Of a stretch of 64,000 nucleotides of DNA, positions 39,071 to 49,137 are shown piece by piece. The translations under genes were made by a program, and so were the position numbers. The notes beneath the pieces are model-generated. The model saw only the letters and a list, made by a program, of their open reading frames with translations, had not been told where the DNA came from and made no database searches. The stretch covers positions 108,445-172,444 of the forward strand of contig CAWEIS010000025.1 in assembly GCA_963809205.1 (NCBI GenBank), in the 5' to 3' direction. Every line of letters starts with the position of its first letter. The first letter of the stretch is position 1. The stretch comes from an uncultured Actinomycetes bacterium. Its GTDB lineage: Bacteria; Actinomycetota; Thermoleophilia; Gaiellales; JAICJC01.

Positions 39071-39871
39071 CTAGGCGCCGCTCAGGTCGCGCCGCTCGAA
39101 GACGGCGACGGCCGCCGCCAGCACCACGGCCGCCGCTGCCGCCAGCACGGCCAGGTGGCCCCAGTCGACGCCGCTGGTCAGCGTCCCCTGCCCGGCGTAG
39201 TAGAAGCCGGACAGGTACCTGAACGGGTCGAGCCAGCCGGCGAGCGAGTGGAGCCCGGCGATCAGGTAGCCGACCGCGGCAACGGCGGCGGGCACGCCGA
39301 TGGCGAAGCTGCGGTGCCGGGTGGCCGCTCCCACCAGCATGGCCAGCCAGCCGTGGAGCAGCGCGAGCAGGCAGATGCCGGCCGTGGCGCCGACCAGCCG
39401 GCCGGCGTTCAGGCCGAGGTCGACCAGCGCGTCGCCGATCAGCAGCGTGACGACGATCGTGGCCGCGACGGCGAGCATCTCGATCAGCAGCCCCGCGGCC
39501 TTCCATCCGATCACCGCCCGGCGCGACACCGGCGCCGACACGACCAGCTCGAGCAGCCCCTGCTCCTCCTCGCCGGCGATCGTCGCCGCGCCGACGCCGA
39601 TCGCCAGCACCAGGGCGAGCAGCGGCAGCATCAGGCTGAAGAGCTCCGTGTCCAGGAACCCCGGCCCGCTGGTGATGCTCAGCGTGTCGCCGATCCCGAG
39701 GAACGACTTGAGCACGTCGGGGTACTGCTTGAGCAGGTCGTCGAACTGCTGCGACCCGTGGATCGAGGGGAACACGGCGACGATCAGTGCGATGTAGGCG
39801 GCGATCCCGATCAGCCACCCGCCCAGCGTGCGTGCCCGGTCGCCGACGGCGCGGCGTAGCAGCTCAGGCAC
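39071..39871 (-). CDS. ABC-2-type transporter permease
   Basis: 266 aa with six hydrophobic segments. It overlaps the upstream ATPase gene by 8 nt. Confidence 0.8.
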   Translation of the reverse strand: MPELLRRAVGDRARTLGGWLIGIAAYIALIVAVFPSIHGSQQFDDLLKQYPDVLKSFLGIGDTLSITSGPGFLDTELFSLMLPLLALVLAIGVGAATIAGEEEQGLLELVVSAPVSRRAVIGWKAAGLLIEMLAVAATIVVTLLIGDALVDLGLNAGRLVGATAGICLLALLHGWLAMLVGAATRHRSFAIGVPAAVAAVGYLIAGLHSLAGWLDPFRYLSGFYYAGQGTLTSGVDWGHLAVLAAAAAVVLAAAVAVFERRDLSGA

Positions 39872-40772
39872 CGCCGCCCTCCTGGTAGTAGGACAGGAAG
39901 ATCTCCTCGAGGTCGGCCGGCTCCGAGACCACGTCCAGCACCTCGTGCCGCGCGGCGTGCTTGACCACCGCGTCGGCCGAGCCGCGCACGGACAGCCGGA
40001 CGGTGGCGCCGTCGCCCTCCGCCGACTGCACGCCCGGCAGGCCGGCGAACTCGGCCGCGTCGACGGCCGCGCCGAAGGTCAGGCGCATGTGCCGGACGCT
40101 GCGGGCGAGCAGCGTCTCGACCGACTCGACGGCGACCAGCCGGCCGGCGCGGATGATGCCGACGCGGCCGGCGACGTGCTGCACCTCGTCCAGCGAGTGC
40201 GACGACAGGAACACGGTGCGGCCGTCGTCCGCCGTCTCGCGCACCAGCGACCGGAACGTCTCCTGGACGAGCGGGTCGAGCCCGCTGGTCGGCTCGTCCA
40301 GCACGGCCAGGCTGGGCCGGTGCATGAACGCCTGGATCAGGCCGATCTTCTGCCGGTTGCCCTTGGAGAGATCGCGCACCGGCCTGTCGAGCTGCCCGCC
40401 CAGGCGGTCGGCCAGCGTCGCGATCTCGCGCTCATGGCCGCCGCCGCGCAGGGCTGAGAGCGACGCCAGCTGCGCGCGGCCGGTGGCCCGCGGCCAGAGG
40501 CGCAGGTCGCCCGGCAGGTAGCCGACCGACCGGCGCGCCGTCCCGCCGTTCCCCCTGGTGTCCTGGCCCAGCAGCGCGGCGCGGCCGGCGGTCGGCCGGA
40601 TCAGGTCGAGCAGGATGCGGATCAGCGTGCTCTTGCCGGCGCCGTTGGGCCCCAGGAAGCCGAACACCTCGCCCTGCTCGACGCGCAGGTCGACGTCCAC
40701 CAGCGCCTGCACCTCTCCGCCGTACGTCTTGGAGAGGCCGGCCGTCTCGATCGCGGGCGTCCGCGAGCTCAT
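39864..40772 (-). CDS. ABC transporter ATP-binding protein (ABC-2 / drug-exporter type)
   Basis: ATG at 40772. Walker A GPNGAGKST, signature LSKGNRQKIG, Walker B AVLDEPTSGLD. Confidence 0.9.
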   Translation of the reverse strand: MSSRTPAIETAGLSKTYGGEVQALVDVDLRVEQGEVFGFLGPNGAGKSTLIRILLDLIRPTAGRAALLGQDTRGNGGTARRSVGYLPGDLRLWPRATGRAQLASLSALRGGGHEREIATLADRLGGQLDRPVRDLSKGNRQKIGLIQAFMHRPSLAVLDEPTSGLDPLVQETFRSLVRETADDGRTVFLSSHSLDEVQHVAGRVGIIRAGRLVAVESVETLLARSVRHMRLTFGAAVDAAEFAGLPGVQSAEGDGATVRLSVRGSADAVVKHAARHEVLDVVSEPADLEEIFLSYYQEGGGA

Positions 40773-40793
40773 CGTCCTGTAGCCTGCCACGTC

Positions 40794-41822
40794 GTGAGGG
40801 ACACGGTCTTCTCCACGCTGTCGGCGCTCGCCGCGTGCCACTCGCCGAGCGGCGTCGAGGACGAGATCGACGCGCTGCTGGTGGAGCGTCTGGGCACACT
40901 CGGCCAGCCCACAGTTGACGGCGGAGGCAACATCGTTCTGCGGGTGCCCGGCCGGGAGCCGGGGCCGCTGCGGGCGGTGCTCGCCCACAAGGACGAGATC
41001 GGCGCGCTGGTCAAGCGGGTCGGCGACGATGGGCGGTTGTACTGCCAGACGCTGGGCGACGCCCACCCGTGGATCTGGGGCGAGGGGCCGGTCGACGTGC
41101 TCGGGCGGCACGCGCCGGTGCTCGGCGTGCTGTCGTTCGGCGCACGCCATGTGTCCGAGGAGTCGCCGCAGCGCAAGCAGCTCGACGACACGCCGCTTCG
41201 GTGGCGGGACGTCTGGGTGGAGACGAAGCTGGCGCCCGAGGCGCTGGCCGAGGCGGGCGTCGTGCCGGGCTCGCGCGTCGTTCCCACTCGCGCGCGCAAG
41301 CCGCCGGTGCGCCTGGGGGCGGAGGGCGAGTACGTCGCCGCCTATGCGCTGGACGACCGCGCCGCGGTGGCCGCGCTGTTGCTGCTCGCCGAGCGGCTCT
41401 CGCCGCTCCACGACGTCGAGCTCGTGTTCACCGCCCGCGAGGAGATCGGCTGCCAGGGCGCCCAGTGGTACGCGCGGCGGACCGACGCCGAGGCGCTGCT
41501 GGCGCTGGAGGTGGTGCCGGTCGCCGTCGAGTACGGCCTCGAGCCGGGGCCGTCCCCGGTGATCATCCGCGGCGACAGCAACGGACCGCTGGACGACGGG
41601 CTGTCGGCCGAGCTGGAGGACGCCGCGGCCGCGGTCGGCCGCCCGGTGCGCCAGGTCGTGGTCAGCCGCTACGGCTCGGACGCGTCGAAGGTGCTGGGCA
41701 CCGGCCGGGTCGGGCGCACCGCCTGCCTGGGCGTCGCGACCGAGAACACGCACGGCTTCGAGATCGCCCACCTGGACGCCATCGCCGGCTGTGTCGACGT
41801 GCTCGACCGGTGGCTCGGCTGA
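40794..41822 (+). CDS. M42-family aminopeptidase (FrvX / glutamyl-aminopeptidase-like)
   Basis: 342 aa with HSPSGVEDEI, AHKDEIG, ALDDRAAVA and FTAREEIG. It is only 21 bp from the divergent ABC gene. Confidence 0.8.
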   Translation: MRDTVFSTLSALAACHSPSGVEDEIDALLVERLGTLGQPTVDGGGNIVLRVPGREPGPLRAVLAHKDEIGALVKRVGDDGRLYCQTLGDAHPWIWGEGPVDVLGRHAPVLGVLSFGARHVSEESPQRKQLDDTPLRWRDVWVETKLAPEALAEAGVVPGSRVVPTRARKPPVRLGAEGEYVAAYALDDRAAVAALLLLAERLSPLHDVELVFTAREEIGCQGAQWYARRTDAEALLALEVVPVAVEYGLEPGPSPVIIRGDSNGPLDDGLSAELEDAAAAVGRPVRQVVVSRYGSDASKVLGTGRVGRTACLGVATENTHGFEIAHLDAIAGCVDVLDRWLG

Positions 41823-41838
41823 GCCCGTCGCGACGGGC
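41823..41838 (+). terminator. perfect palindrome GCCCGTCG/CGACGGGC immediately after the M42 stop
   Basis: 16-nt perfect palindrome read directly from the sequence. There is no U-tract. Confidence 0.4.
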
Positions 41839-41862
41839 GGCTGAGCTAAGATCTGCCCTCCT

Positions 41863-41936
41863 GGCGGAGTAGCTCAGTCGGTTAGAGCAGCGGAATCATA
41901 ATCCGCGTGTCGGGGGTTCGAGTCCCTCCTCCGCTA
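41863..41936 (+). tRNA. tRNA-Met (anticodon CAT; elongator-like, though a lysidine-modified tRNA-Ile2 cannot be excluded)
   Basis: GGCGGAG TA GCTC AGTCGGTTA GAGC A GCGGA ATCATAA TCCGC GTGTC GGGGG TTCGAGT CCCTC CTCCGCT A folds as a 74-nt cloverleaf. The 1:72 pair is G-U. Confidence 0.88.
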
Positions 41937-41963
41937 TCGGAACTTCCGCTCAACCTCTTTGGG

Positions 41964-42944
41964 TCAAGCCGCGTCGACGGATCGCTCAACACTCGGCTCA
42001 GACGCGCCGTTCAGCACATCGATAGCGCCGACCTGCCGCTCGGGTCCGAGGTCGTGCCACAGCCGCCAGTAGCCACCAACACGCCTGCCGTAGGTCGTTG
42101 GCTTCTCGGCATACAGCGTCGCACCGAGCCGGTAGGCGCGGGACTGCAGGTCGCCAGCAGTGGAGTCCGCCAGTGCCGCGGCCCGATCTGCCTCGGGGCC
42201 ACCGAACGCGTCCGGCTGGGAGCGAAGAAGCTCCGAGAGCACCGCGAGATCGTGATCATCGCCCAGCGCCTCGGCGAGCTCGTCCAACCGCGCCTGCAAC
42301 CCCGTCAGGACGCTCGGCGCGGCATCCACCAACAGCCTGGTCGCATACCACAAGTCCTTCTCACGCTTGCGCCACTCATGCCGTGACTCAACGTTTCCGT
42401 CGAACCTGGAGGCAACCATCGCCCTTCTCCCGCGGCCGTAGATTCGGGTCAGGCCCCTCTCCAGCACACGGCGATCGTGCAGCCGCCACTCCTGAGATGC
42501 GTCCCGCGCTCGCCACACCAGCTGAATCGCACGGACAATACGAGCCGCGCCATCGGCCACATCAGGTGACGCTTCATCCGCCCGTCGTTGCAGCTCCGAC
42601 CGCACCGCGTCGAAGTCCCCGCCGAAGCCAACCAGCTTGTGGCTTGCCAGCAGCCGATCGAACGTCGCCAAGATCGCATGAGCATCTCGCATCGGCGACA
42701 GCTCGGCAGCGGCCTCCCGCAGCGGCTTATTGACGTAGTCGAACGCACTCGGACCGATCGCACCGCGAACCAAACGTGCCAGTCCACGCACCTTCTTACA
42801 CCGCTTGCGTGCGTCGTGAACCGTCGCCTCGATCCCACGCGTCGACGGATCCGCCAACCCGAGCATGGCACCGTCGAGCTGCTCCCGAGCAATCCGGCGC
42901 ACGCCAACCGGCAACGGCTCACCAAACGTAAACGCGAATCCCAC
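41964..42944 (-). CDS. CHAD-domain protein
   Basis: 326 aa, helical, with spaced conserved basic and His residues: VHDARKRCKKVRGLARL, SPMRDAHA, RHEWRKREKDLWYATRL, LGDDHDLAVL. Confidence 0.8.
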   Translation of the reverse strand: MGFAFTFGEPLPVGVRRIAREQLDGAMLGLADPSTRGIEATVHDARKRCKKVRGLARLVRGAIGPSAFDYVNKPLREAAAELSPMRDAHAILATFDRLLASHKLVGFGGDFDAVRSELQRRADEASPDVADGAARIVRAIQLVWRARDASQEWRLHDRRVLERGLTRIYGRGRRAMVASRFDGNVESRHEWRKREKDLWYATRLLVDAAPSVLTGLQARLDELAEALGDDHDLAVLSELLRSQPDAFGGPEADRAAALADSTAGDLQSRAYRLGATLYAEKPTTYGRRVGGYWRLWHDLGPERQVGAIDVLNGASEPSVERSVDAA

Positions 42945-43123
42945 CTACGCCACCAACCGACCGCGCAGGCACCAACAGACGAGCCGGACCTCGCCAAACA
43001 CCGAAACACTCCCCACCCGCGACACTCGCTCAGTCTACGGCTCGTCACGGACGCTGATCGGAACGCCAGTCAACCGCTGCGGCTGCGCGAAGCGGCCGGC
43101 ATGGATCACCGTAGACTCGTCCG

Positions 43124-46100
43124 GTGCGCTATTGCCCGTCATGCGGACAGGGGAATCCGGGAGACTCTCGCTTCTGCGGAGCGTGTGGCGCCTCGCTGGT
43201 CGGCGAGCCGGCGGCCTCGGTGCGAAAGACGGTCACGGTGCTGTTCTGCGATCTGGTCGGGTCGACGGCCATCGGCGAGAGCAGCGACCCCGAGATCGTC
43301 CGCGAGCTGATGGCTCGCTATCACAGCGGTGTTCGCTCCATTCTCGAACGGCATGGCGGAGCCGTCGAGAAGTTCATCGGCGATGCAGCGATGGCGGTGT
43401 TCGGCATCCCGCAGGTGCACGAGGACGACGCACTTCGTGCGGTTCGCGCCGCGGCGGACGTGCGCGCGGCCGTCAGTGAGATGGGTCTGGAGACGAGAAC
43501 CGGGGTGAACACCGGCACGGTCGTCGCCGGCGGCGGGGAGACGCTGGTCACCGGCGACGCCGTGAACGTCGCCGCACGTCTGCAGACGGCTGCGGAACCC
43601 GGGGAGATTCTGGTCGGTGAGACCACAGCGACGCTCGTCCGAGACGACGTGCGGCTTGCCGATCGCGGGCCGCTCAACCTGAAGGGCAAGGCGGAGCCCG
43701 TTCTGGCATGGTGCTTGCTCGAGGTTCTCCCGTCTGCGCCGGCGTTCGCCCGTAGCCCCAACGCACCCTTCGTGGGTCGTCAGGACGAGCTACATGGGCT
43801 CAACGCGGTGCTCGCTCGTGCGGTCGAGGGGCCGACGCCCCAGCTGGTGACGCTGGTCGGCACGGCCGGCATCGGGAAGTCGCGGCTGACGCGGGAGTTC
43901 CTCACCCGGGCCGCAGCGCAGGAACGGATAGTCGTGGGGCGGTGCCTGGCCTATGGCGAGGGGATCACCTACTGGCCGCTGGGCGAGATCGTCAACCAGG
44001 TCGCAGAAGGCGATCCGCGCGATCGGGTGTCGGCGATCGTCGGCGGAGAAGATGGGGACAGGGTGGGGGATCTGCTCTCGAGCGCGATCGCCGGCGGCTC
44101 GTCCGGTGGTTCGCCAGAGGAGATCTCCTGGGCGGCAAGAAGGCTGTTCGAGGCGCTCGCGGAGGAGCGGCCGTTGATCGTGGTGATCGACGACATCCAC
44201 TGGGCGGAGCCCCCGCTGCTCGACCTGGTGGAGTACGTGGCGTCGTTCGCCGCGGGTGTGCCGCTGGTGCTGCTCTGTACCGCCCGGCCCGAGCTGTTCG
44301 AGACCCGACCGTCGTGGTCGAACCCTCGTCCCGAGGCGACGCTCCTGTCATTGGCCGCGCTTGCCCCGGACGACGCGACGACTCTGGTTGGAGAACTCCG
44401 CGAGACCAGCCCGACCCGGCGTGCCGCGATCGTCGCCGCGGCCGAGGGGAATCCCCTGTTCATCGAACAGCTGCTCGCCATGGAGGCTGACAGCGACGGC
44501 GCCGATCTCCAGATTCCGCCGACGGTGCATGCGCTGCTCGCAACCCGGCTCGACCGCCTCGGCGCCGAGGAACGAGCGGTGATCGGATGCGCGTCGGTGG
44601 AGGGGAGGGTGTTCCATCGTGGTTCCGTGGCGGCGCTGCTCGATCCGGAAGGTGGAACCACCGTCGGCGCGCACCTGATGTCCCTGGTGCGGAAGGAGTT
44701 CATCCGACCGGATCGCGCCGTGCTGCAGGGAGATGACGGCTTCCGGTTCGGTCATGCTCTGATCCGCGACGCGGCGTACGAGTCGATCCCAAAACGGGTG
44801 CGCGGGGAGCTGCACGAGCGATTCGCCGACTGGCTCGAGGGGCGGGCGTCGGACGATGGCGTCTCCACCTTCGAGGAGATCGTCGGCTACCACCTCGAGC
44901 AGGCCTCGCTGTATCTGTCGGAGCTCGGCGTGCCGGATGCGGCGCTCTCGGAACGGGCCGCCGGACGACTTGGTGCGGCCGGCCGCCGGGCACTCGGACG
45001 CGGCGACGTCAGCGGCGCGGCCAACCTGCTGGCCCGGGGCGCTGATCTGCTTCCGCTGGGGACGCCGGCCCGGACCGAGATCGAGGTCGACCTCGGGGAG
45101 GCGCTGATCGAGGGTGGGAGCCTGCGGAAGGCCGAGGAGCTGCTCACCGGCGCCGTGTCGACGAGCGCGGCGATTGGCGCCGATGACCTGAATGCCAGAG
45201 CCCGGCTCGGCCTCGCCCAAGTACGGATCCAGACGCTCGAGGGCTCGTCTCAGGAGCTGATCCGCCAGCAGATCGAACCGCTCGCTGCCGTCCTCGATGA
45301 CCACGGCGACCGTCGTGGCGCCGCCGATGCGTACAGATTGCTCGCGCGCCTCGCCGCGTGGGCGGGGGACTACGAGTCGAGCTTCGCGTACACCGAGCGC
45401 GCGCTGGCGCACGCCCGCGCTGTGGGCGACGAGCGACGCGAGGCGACGACGCTGGCGCTGATGGCCTCGAATGCGCTCTGGGGGCCGGAGCCGGTCGAGG
45501 AGGCGCTTGCCAGATGCTGGGCGATCCATGACACGGTCCCCAACCGCCGCGTCCGGGCCCACTGCCTGATCCGGATCGGCGGTCTGGAGGGCCTCGCTGG
45601 CCGCTTCGACGCCGCTCGTGATGCGATCCGCCGGGCGCGCGTGGTCATGGACGAGCTCGGCCTGGCCCACGTCAAGGCGCACAGCACTGACGTCGCCGTC
45701 GTGGTCGAGATGCTCGCCGGCGACTACGAGGCGGCCGAGCAGGCGGCTCGGACGGCGTACGCCACGCTCGCGGAGATGGGGGACGTCGTGTACCAGACCG
45801 CGGAGGGACTGCTGCTGGCCAACGCCCTGGAGCGCCAGGGTCGGCTAGGCGAGGCGACGGAGTGGATCGACAGGGTCGCGTCACTCGGCGAAGGCGCAGA
45901 AGCGGCAGAGATCGCCGCAACACGCGCGCGGATTGCGTTGAGACGCGACGACCTCGACGAAGCCGAACGGCAGCGGGCCACCATCGAGCGCTCGCCCGAG
46001 CCGGTGGTGCCGGGGTTCCCGGATCCACGGCTCACGCTGGCCGAGATCCACGCCCACGCGGGGCGAGTGGAGGAAGCGCGTGGAGAGCTCGAACGGTGCC

Positions 46101-46177
46101 TCGGGCGGTACGAGGCGAAGGGCATCGTCCCGCTGATCAACGAGGCGCAATCGATGCTCGAGCATCTGGTTCGCTAG
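43124..46177 (+). CDS. double-zinc-ribbon - class III adenylate/guanylate cyclase - P-loop STAND ATPase - TPR protein
   Basis: 1017 aa and intact. It starts RYCPSCGQGNPGDSRFCGACG. The cyclase core is VTVLFCDLVGST...KFIGDAAMAVFG...TGVNTGTVVAG...GDAVNVAARL. The Walker A is GTAGIGKSRL and a long TPR-like C-terminus follows. Confidence 0.9.
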   Translation: MRYCPSCGQGNPGDSRFCGACGASLVGEPAASVRKTVTVLFCDLVGSTAIGESSDPEIVRELMARYHSGVRSILERHGGAVEKFIGDAAMAVFGIPQVHEDDALRAVRAAADVRAAVSEMGLETRTGVNTGTVVAGGGETLVTGDAVNVAARLQTAAEPGEILVGETTATLVRDDVRLADRGPLNLKGKAEPVLAWCLLEVLPSAPAFARSPNAPFVGRQDELHGLNAVLARAVEGPTPQLVTLVGTAGIGKSRLTREFLTRAAAQERIVVGRCLAYGEGITYWPLGEIVNQVAEGDPRDRVSAIVGGEDGDRVGDLLSSAIAGGSSGGSPEEISWAARRLFEALAEERPLIVVIDDIHWAEPPLLDLVEYVASFAAGVPLVLLCTARPELFETRPSWSNPRPEATLLSLAALAPDDATTLVGELRETSPTRRAAIVAAAEGNPLFIEQLLAMEADSDGADLQIPPTVHALLATRLDRLGAEERAVIGCASVEGRVFHRGSVAALLDPEGGTTVGAHLMSLVRKEFIRPDRAVLQGDDGFRFGHALIRDAAYESIPKRVRGELHERFADWLEGRASDDGVSTFEEIVGYHLEQASLYLSELGVPDAALSERAAGRLGAAGRRALGRGDVSGAANLLARGADLLPLGTPARTEIEVDLGEALIEGGSLRKAEELLTGAVSTSAAIGADDLNARARLGLAQVRIQTLEGSSQELIRQQIEPLAAVLDDHGDRRGAADAYRLLARLAAWAGDYESSFAYTERALAHARAVGDERREATTLALMASNALWGPEPVEEALARCWAIHDTVPNRRVRAHCLIRIGGLEGLAGRFDAARDAIRRARVVMDELGLAHVKAHSTDVAVVVEMLAGDYEAAEQAARTAYATLAEMGDVVYQTAEGLLLANALERQGRLGEATEWIDRVASLGEGAEAAEIAATRARIALRRDDLDEAERQRATIERSPEPVVPGFPDPRLTLAEIHAHAGRVEEARGELERCLGRYEAKGIVPLINEAQSMLEHLVR

Positions 46178-46301
46178 GCCGTCGAACCACGTTGGCTAGG
46201 GTTCGCGGGTCGACGGAAGGAGCGAGCGCCCTGTCGCTTACGCACCACAGCAGAGCCGACCCGGCGTCTGGTCGCGGCGGCCGAGACAGGCCGGCGCGCT
46301 G

Positions 46302-47732
46302 ATGAGCTCCTCCGCGGCCGAAGGCCGGGCCACCGGCGCGGCGCTTCGCAGCGCGCGCCGGCTGATCCTGCCGCTCGCGCTCGCCCAGTTCATCTGCAGC
46401 TTCGCGGGCTCGAACATGAACGTGATGATCGGGGACATCAGCAAGGACCTGAACACGGACGTGAAGGGCGTGCAGACGGTCATCACCCTGTTCCTGCTGA
46501 CGATGGCCATCCTGATGATCCCGTGCAGCAAGCTGACCGACCGGTGGGGCCGGAAGAGGTGCCTGATCGGGGGGTTGGCCTTGTTCGCTGTGGGTGCAGT
46601 GCTGAGCGCGATCGCGCCCGGGCTGGGCGTGCTGATCGTCGGCAACTCGATCCTGGAGGGTGTGGGTACGGCGCTCCTGATCCCTCCGGTGTACATCCTG
46701 GCAACGCTGTGGTTCACGGACACGACCTCGCGGGCGTGGGCGTTCGGCGCGATCAGCGGCATGGGCGGCGTCGGCGCCGCAGCGGGCCCGCTGATCGGCG
46801 GCGTGATCGCCACCTGGATCGACTGGCGGGCTGCGTTCATCTTCCAGGCCCTGGTCGTGGTCGTCATCATCCTGCTCAGCCGCAACCTCAGCGATCCGCT
46901 GCCCGCCGATCCGACCCGCCCGTTCGACCTGGTGGGCGCAGTCCTGTCCGCGGTCGGGATGTTCTTCATCGTGTTCGGCATCCTGCAGGCCGGCGTCCAC
47001 AACGCCCTGTTCGTTGCCTTCATCGTGATCGGCCTCGCGCTCCTGCTCGGCTTCTACGCCTACATCCGCCGGCTGGAACGCATCGGGCGAGAACCGCTGC
47101 TCTCCACCGGCCTATTCCGAAACCGGGCCTGCAACCTCGCGATGGTCACGCAGAACCTGCAGTGGCTGATCATGATGGGGACGTCGTTCGTCGTCTCCGT
47201 CTACCTGCAGGAGGTGCACGGATACAGCCCGATCAGGACCGGGCTGATCTTCACCGCCGCGACGGCCGGCATCCTGATCACCTCGTTCGCCGCGCGCAGC
47301 CTCGCGGCCCGGTACCCCCAGCGCACACTGATCGCCGCCGGGTTTCTCGCGGCGGTCCTCGGCCTGGTGCTTATGATCCCGTTTGTGGACACCTCTGCGC
47401 GGGCGGTCGCGTTCCTGGTGGGGCTGTTCCTGTTCGGACTCGGCGTGGGCGCGATGCTGACGCCCTCCGTGAACGTCGTTCAGTCGAGCTTCCCCGAGGA
47501 GATGCAAGGCGAGATCTCGGGGCTCTCCCGAAGCGTCTCAAACCTCGGTTCGTCGTTCGGCACGGCGATCGCCGGCACCATCCTGGTCTCCGCAATCGCG
47601 ACGGGAACCAGGTCGTATGTCGTCGCGATGATCGTCCTCGTCGGATTCGGCCTGCTCGGACTGATCGCCGCGCTTCGCCTCCCCGCATCCGCCGGCCGGC
47701 CGGAAACGCCAACCGCCGAGCCCGCCGCCTGA
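46302..47732 (+). CDS. MFS transporter (14-TM DHA2/EmrB-like)
   Basis: 476 aa with LTDRWGRKR, GVGAAAGPLIGG and about 14 hydrophobic segments. It is visibly less GC-rich than its surroundings. Confidence 0.85.
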   Translation: MSSSAAEGRATGAALRSARRLILPLALAQFICSFAGSNMNVMIGDISKDLNTDVKGVQTVITLFLLTMAILMIPCSKLTDRWGRKRCLIGGLALFAVGAVLSAIAPGLGVLIVGNSILEGVGTALLIPPVYILATLWFTDTTSRAWAFGAISGMGGVGAAAGPLIGGVIATWIDWRAAFIFQALVVVVIILLSRNLSDPLPADPTRPFDLVGAVLSAVGMFFIVFGILQAGVHNALFVAFIVIGLALLLGFYAYIRRLERIGREPLLSTGLFRNRACNLAMVTQNLQWLIMMGTSFVVSVYLQEVHGYSPIRTGLIFTAATAGILITSFAARSLAARYPQRTLIAAGFLAAVLGLVLMIPFVDTSARAVAFLVGLFLFGLGVGAMLTPSVNVVQSSFPEEMQGEISGLSRSVSNLGSSFGTAIAGTILVSAIATGTRSYVVAMIVLVGFGLLGLIAALRLPASAGRPETPTAEPAA

Positions 47733-47798
47733 TTCAGGCGGCACATAGGGCACCGACCACCCCAAAAACCGCATTCACAACCTCCGTGGGCAGCACAT

Positions 47799-49068
47799 CT
47801 AGCGCGGCGGCCGGTCGCCGGCGTCCCCGCGCAGCCAGACGGTGGCGTGCGCGGGCTGGACGGTGCCGGAGACGACCGACCGCAGCTCCTCGCAGAGCGC
47901 GTCGAGGTCGATCTGCTCGCGCAGCCGCTCGCTGAACCCGTCGACCGCGGCCTGCGCGTCGTAGCCCGCCCGGTAGAACCGGCGGTCGACAGCGCGCTGG
48001 ATCACCCGGCGCAACGGCTGGAACGCGGCGGCCACCGCCAGCGTCGACACGGTCACGGCCAGCGTGCCCGATGAGCCCGTGAGGCCGCGGAGGCGCCGAG
48101 CCGATCAGCGCCGCGCCGCCCAGGTAGAGCACCGCCAGAGCGCCGATCAGGGTCGCGTAGATCAGCGTCCGGCGGATGATCACGTCGATCTCGAACAGCC
48201 GGTAGCGAAGCACGGCGATCCCGATCGCGATCGGGATCAGCCCGAGGCAGACGAACCACACGTCCTGCACGACCGCGATCCATCCAGGCGTCTCGCCATG
48301 GTCGCCGGCCATCAGCGCCGCGGACACCAGCGACACGAAGTACAGCGCGCCGCACAACGTGCCGGCCGCGGCCAGCCACTTGATCTGCAGACGCTCGATC
48401 CGCTCCGCGCGGCGGTACCGCACGACCAGGCTCGCCACGGCGGCGACGGACGAGAGCGGGATCAGCAGCACCACGGACTGCAGCGGGCTGAGGACGCCGT
48501 CAAGCGCCTCGATCCCGAACGGGTTGTCGTGGTCGGGGAACCCCGTAACCCGCATCGGCCCCGGCAGCAGCCAGTCGAGCATGCTGACCCCGACGGCGAA
48601 CGCGCAGACGTAGACCACCCATCGCCAGCGCCGGCTCGGTAGGTGCCCGTCCGGGTAGACCAGCAGCAGGAACACGCCGGTGATCGCGACGGCGGGCGCC
48701 CACGCCCACAGGCTGACCGACGCCGCGGCCGCGCCGACCGGGATCTGCCCCGGATGCACCTTGAACGCCCAGTCGCCGTAGCCGATCGCGTCGACCACCA
48801 GTGCCCAGGAGAGGCCGGTGGCGATCAGCAGCCAGCCGACCGGGTTGCGCGGCCGGCTGCGGACGATCACGGCTCCGGCCAGCGGGTAGAGCAGGAAGAT
48901 GATCATGATCAGCAGCCCGGCCAGGAAGCCGGCGGTACCGCCGCCGCTGAAGCCCTCGGAGTGTGCGACGTGGCGGGTCGCCCACATCAGGACGACACCG
49001 GCCGCGAGCAGGAGTGCGACGGCGGCGAGGGCCGCCCACGCAAGCCACCGCAGCGTTCGGTCGCTCAT
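47799..49068 (-). pseudogene. multi-TM membrane sensor-like protein without an output domain; one +1 frameshift
   Basis: Starts MSDRTLRWLAW, followed by about 10 TM segments (track ORF 47734-49167). A frame switch near 48090-48100 leads to ...TLAVAAAFQPLRRVIQRAVDRRFYRAGYDAQAAVDGFSERLREQIDLDAL...VWLRGD (track ORF 47799-48056). Length is 1270 = 3x423 + 1. Confidence 0.65.
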
Positions 49069-49137
49069 GCGGCCAGTGTCCCACGACGACCGTCCGGCGA
49101 TCGTTACGAAGCGGCCGGCCGATGAATCGCCGCCCTC

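Noticed and set aside
43032-43117. 9-bp inverted repeat AGTCTACGG ... CCGTAGACT upstream of the cyclase-STAND gene
   Set aside because: The arms are short and separated by 68 nt, with no supporting second element. It could be chance, so I did not report it as a feature.
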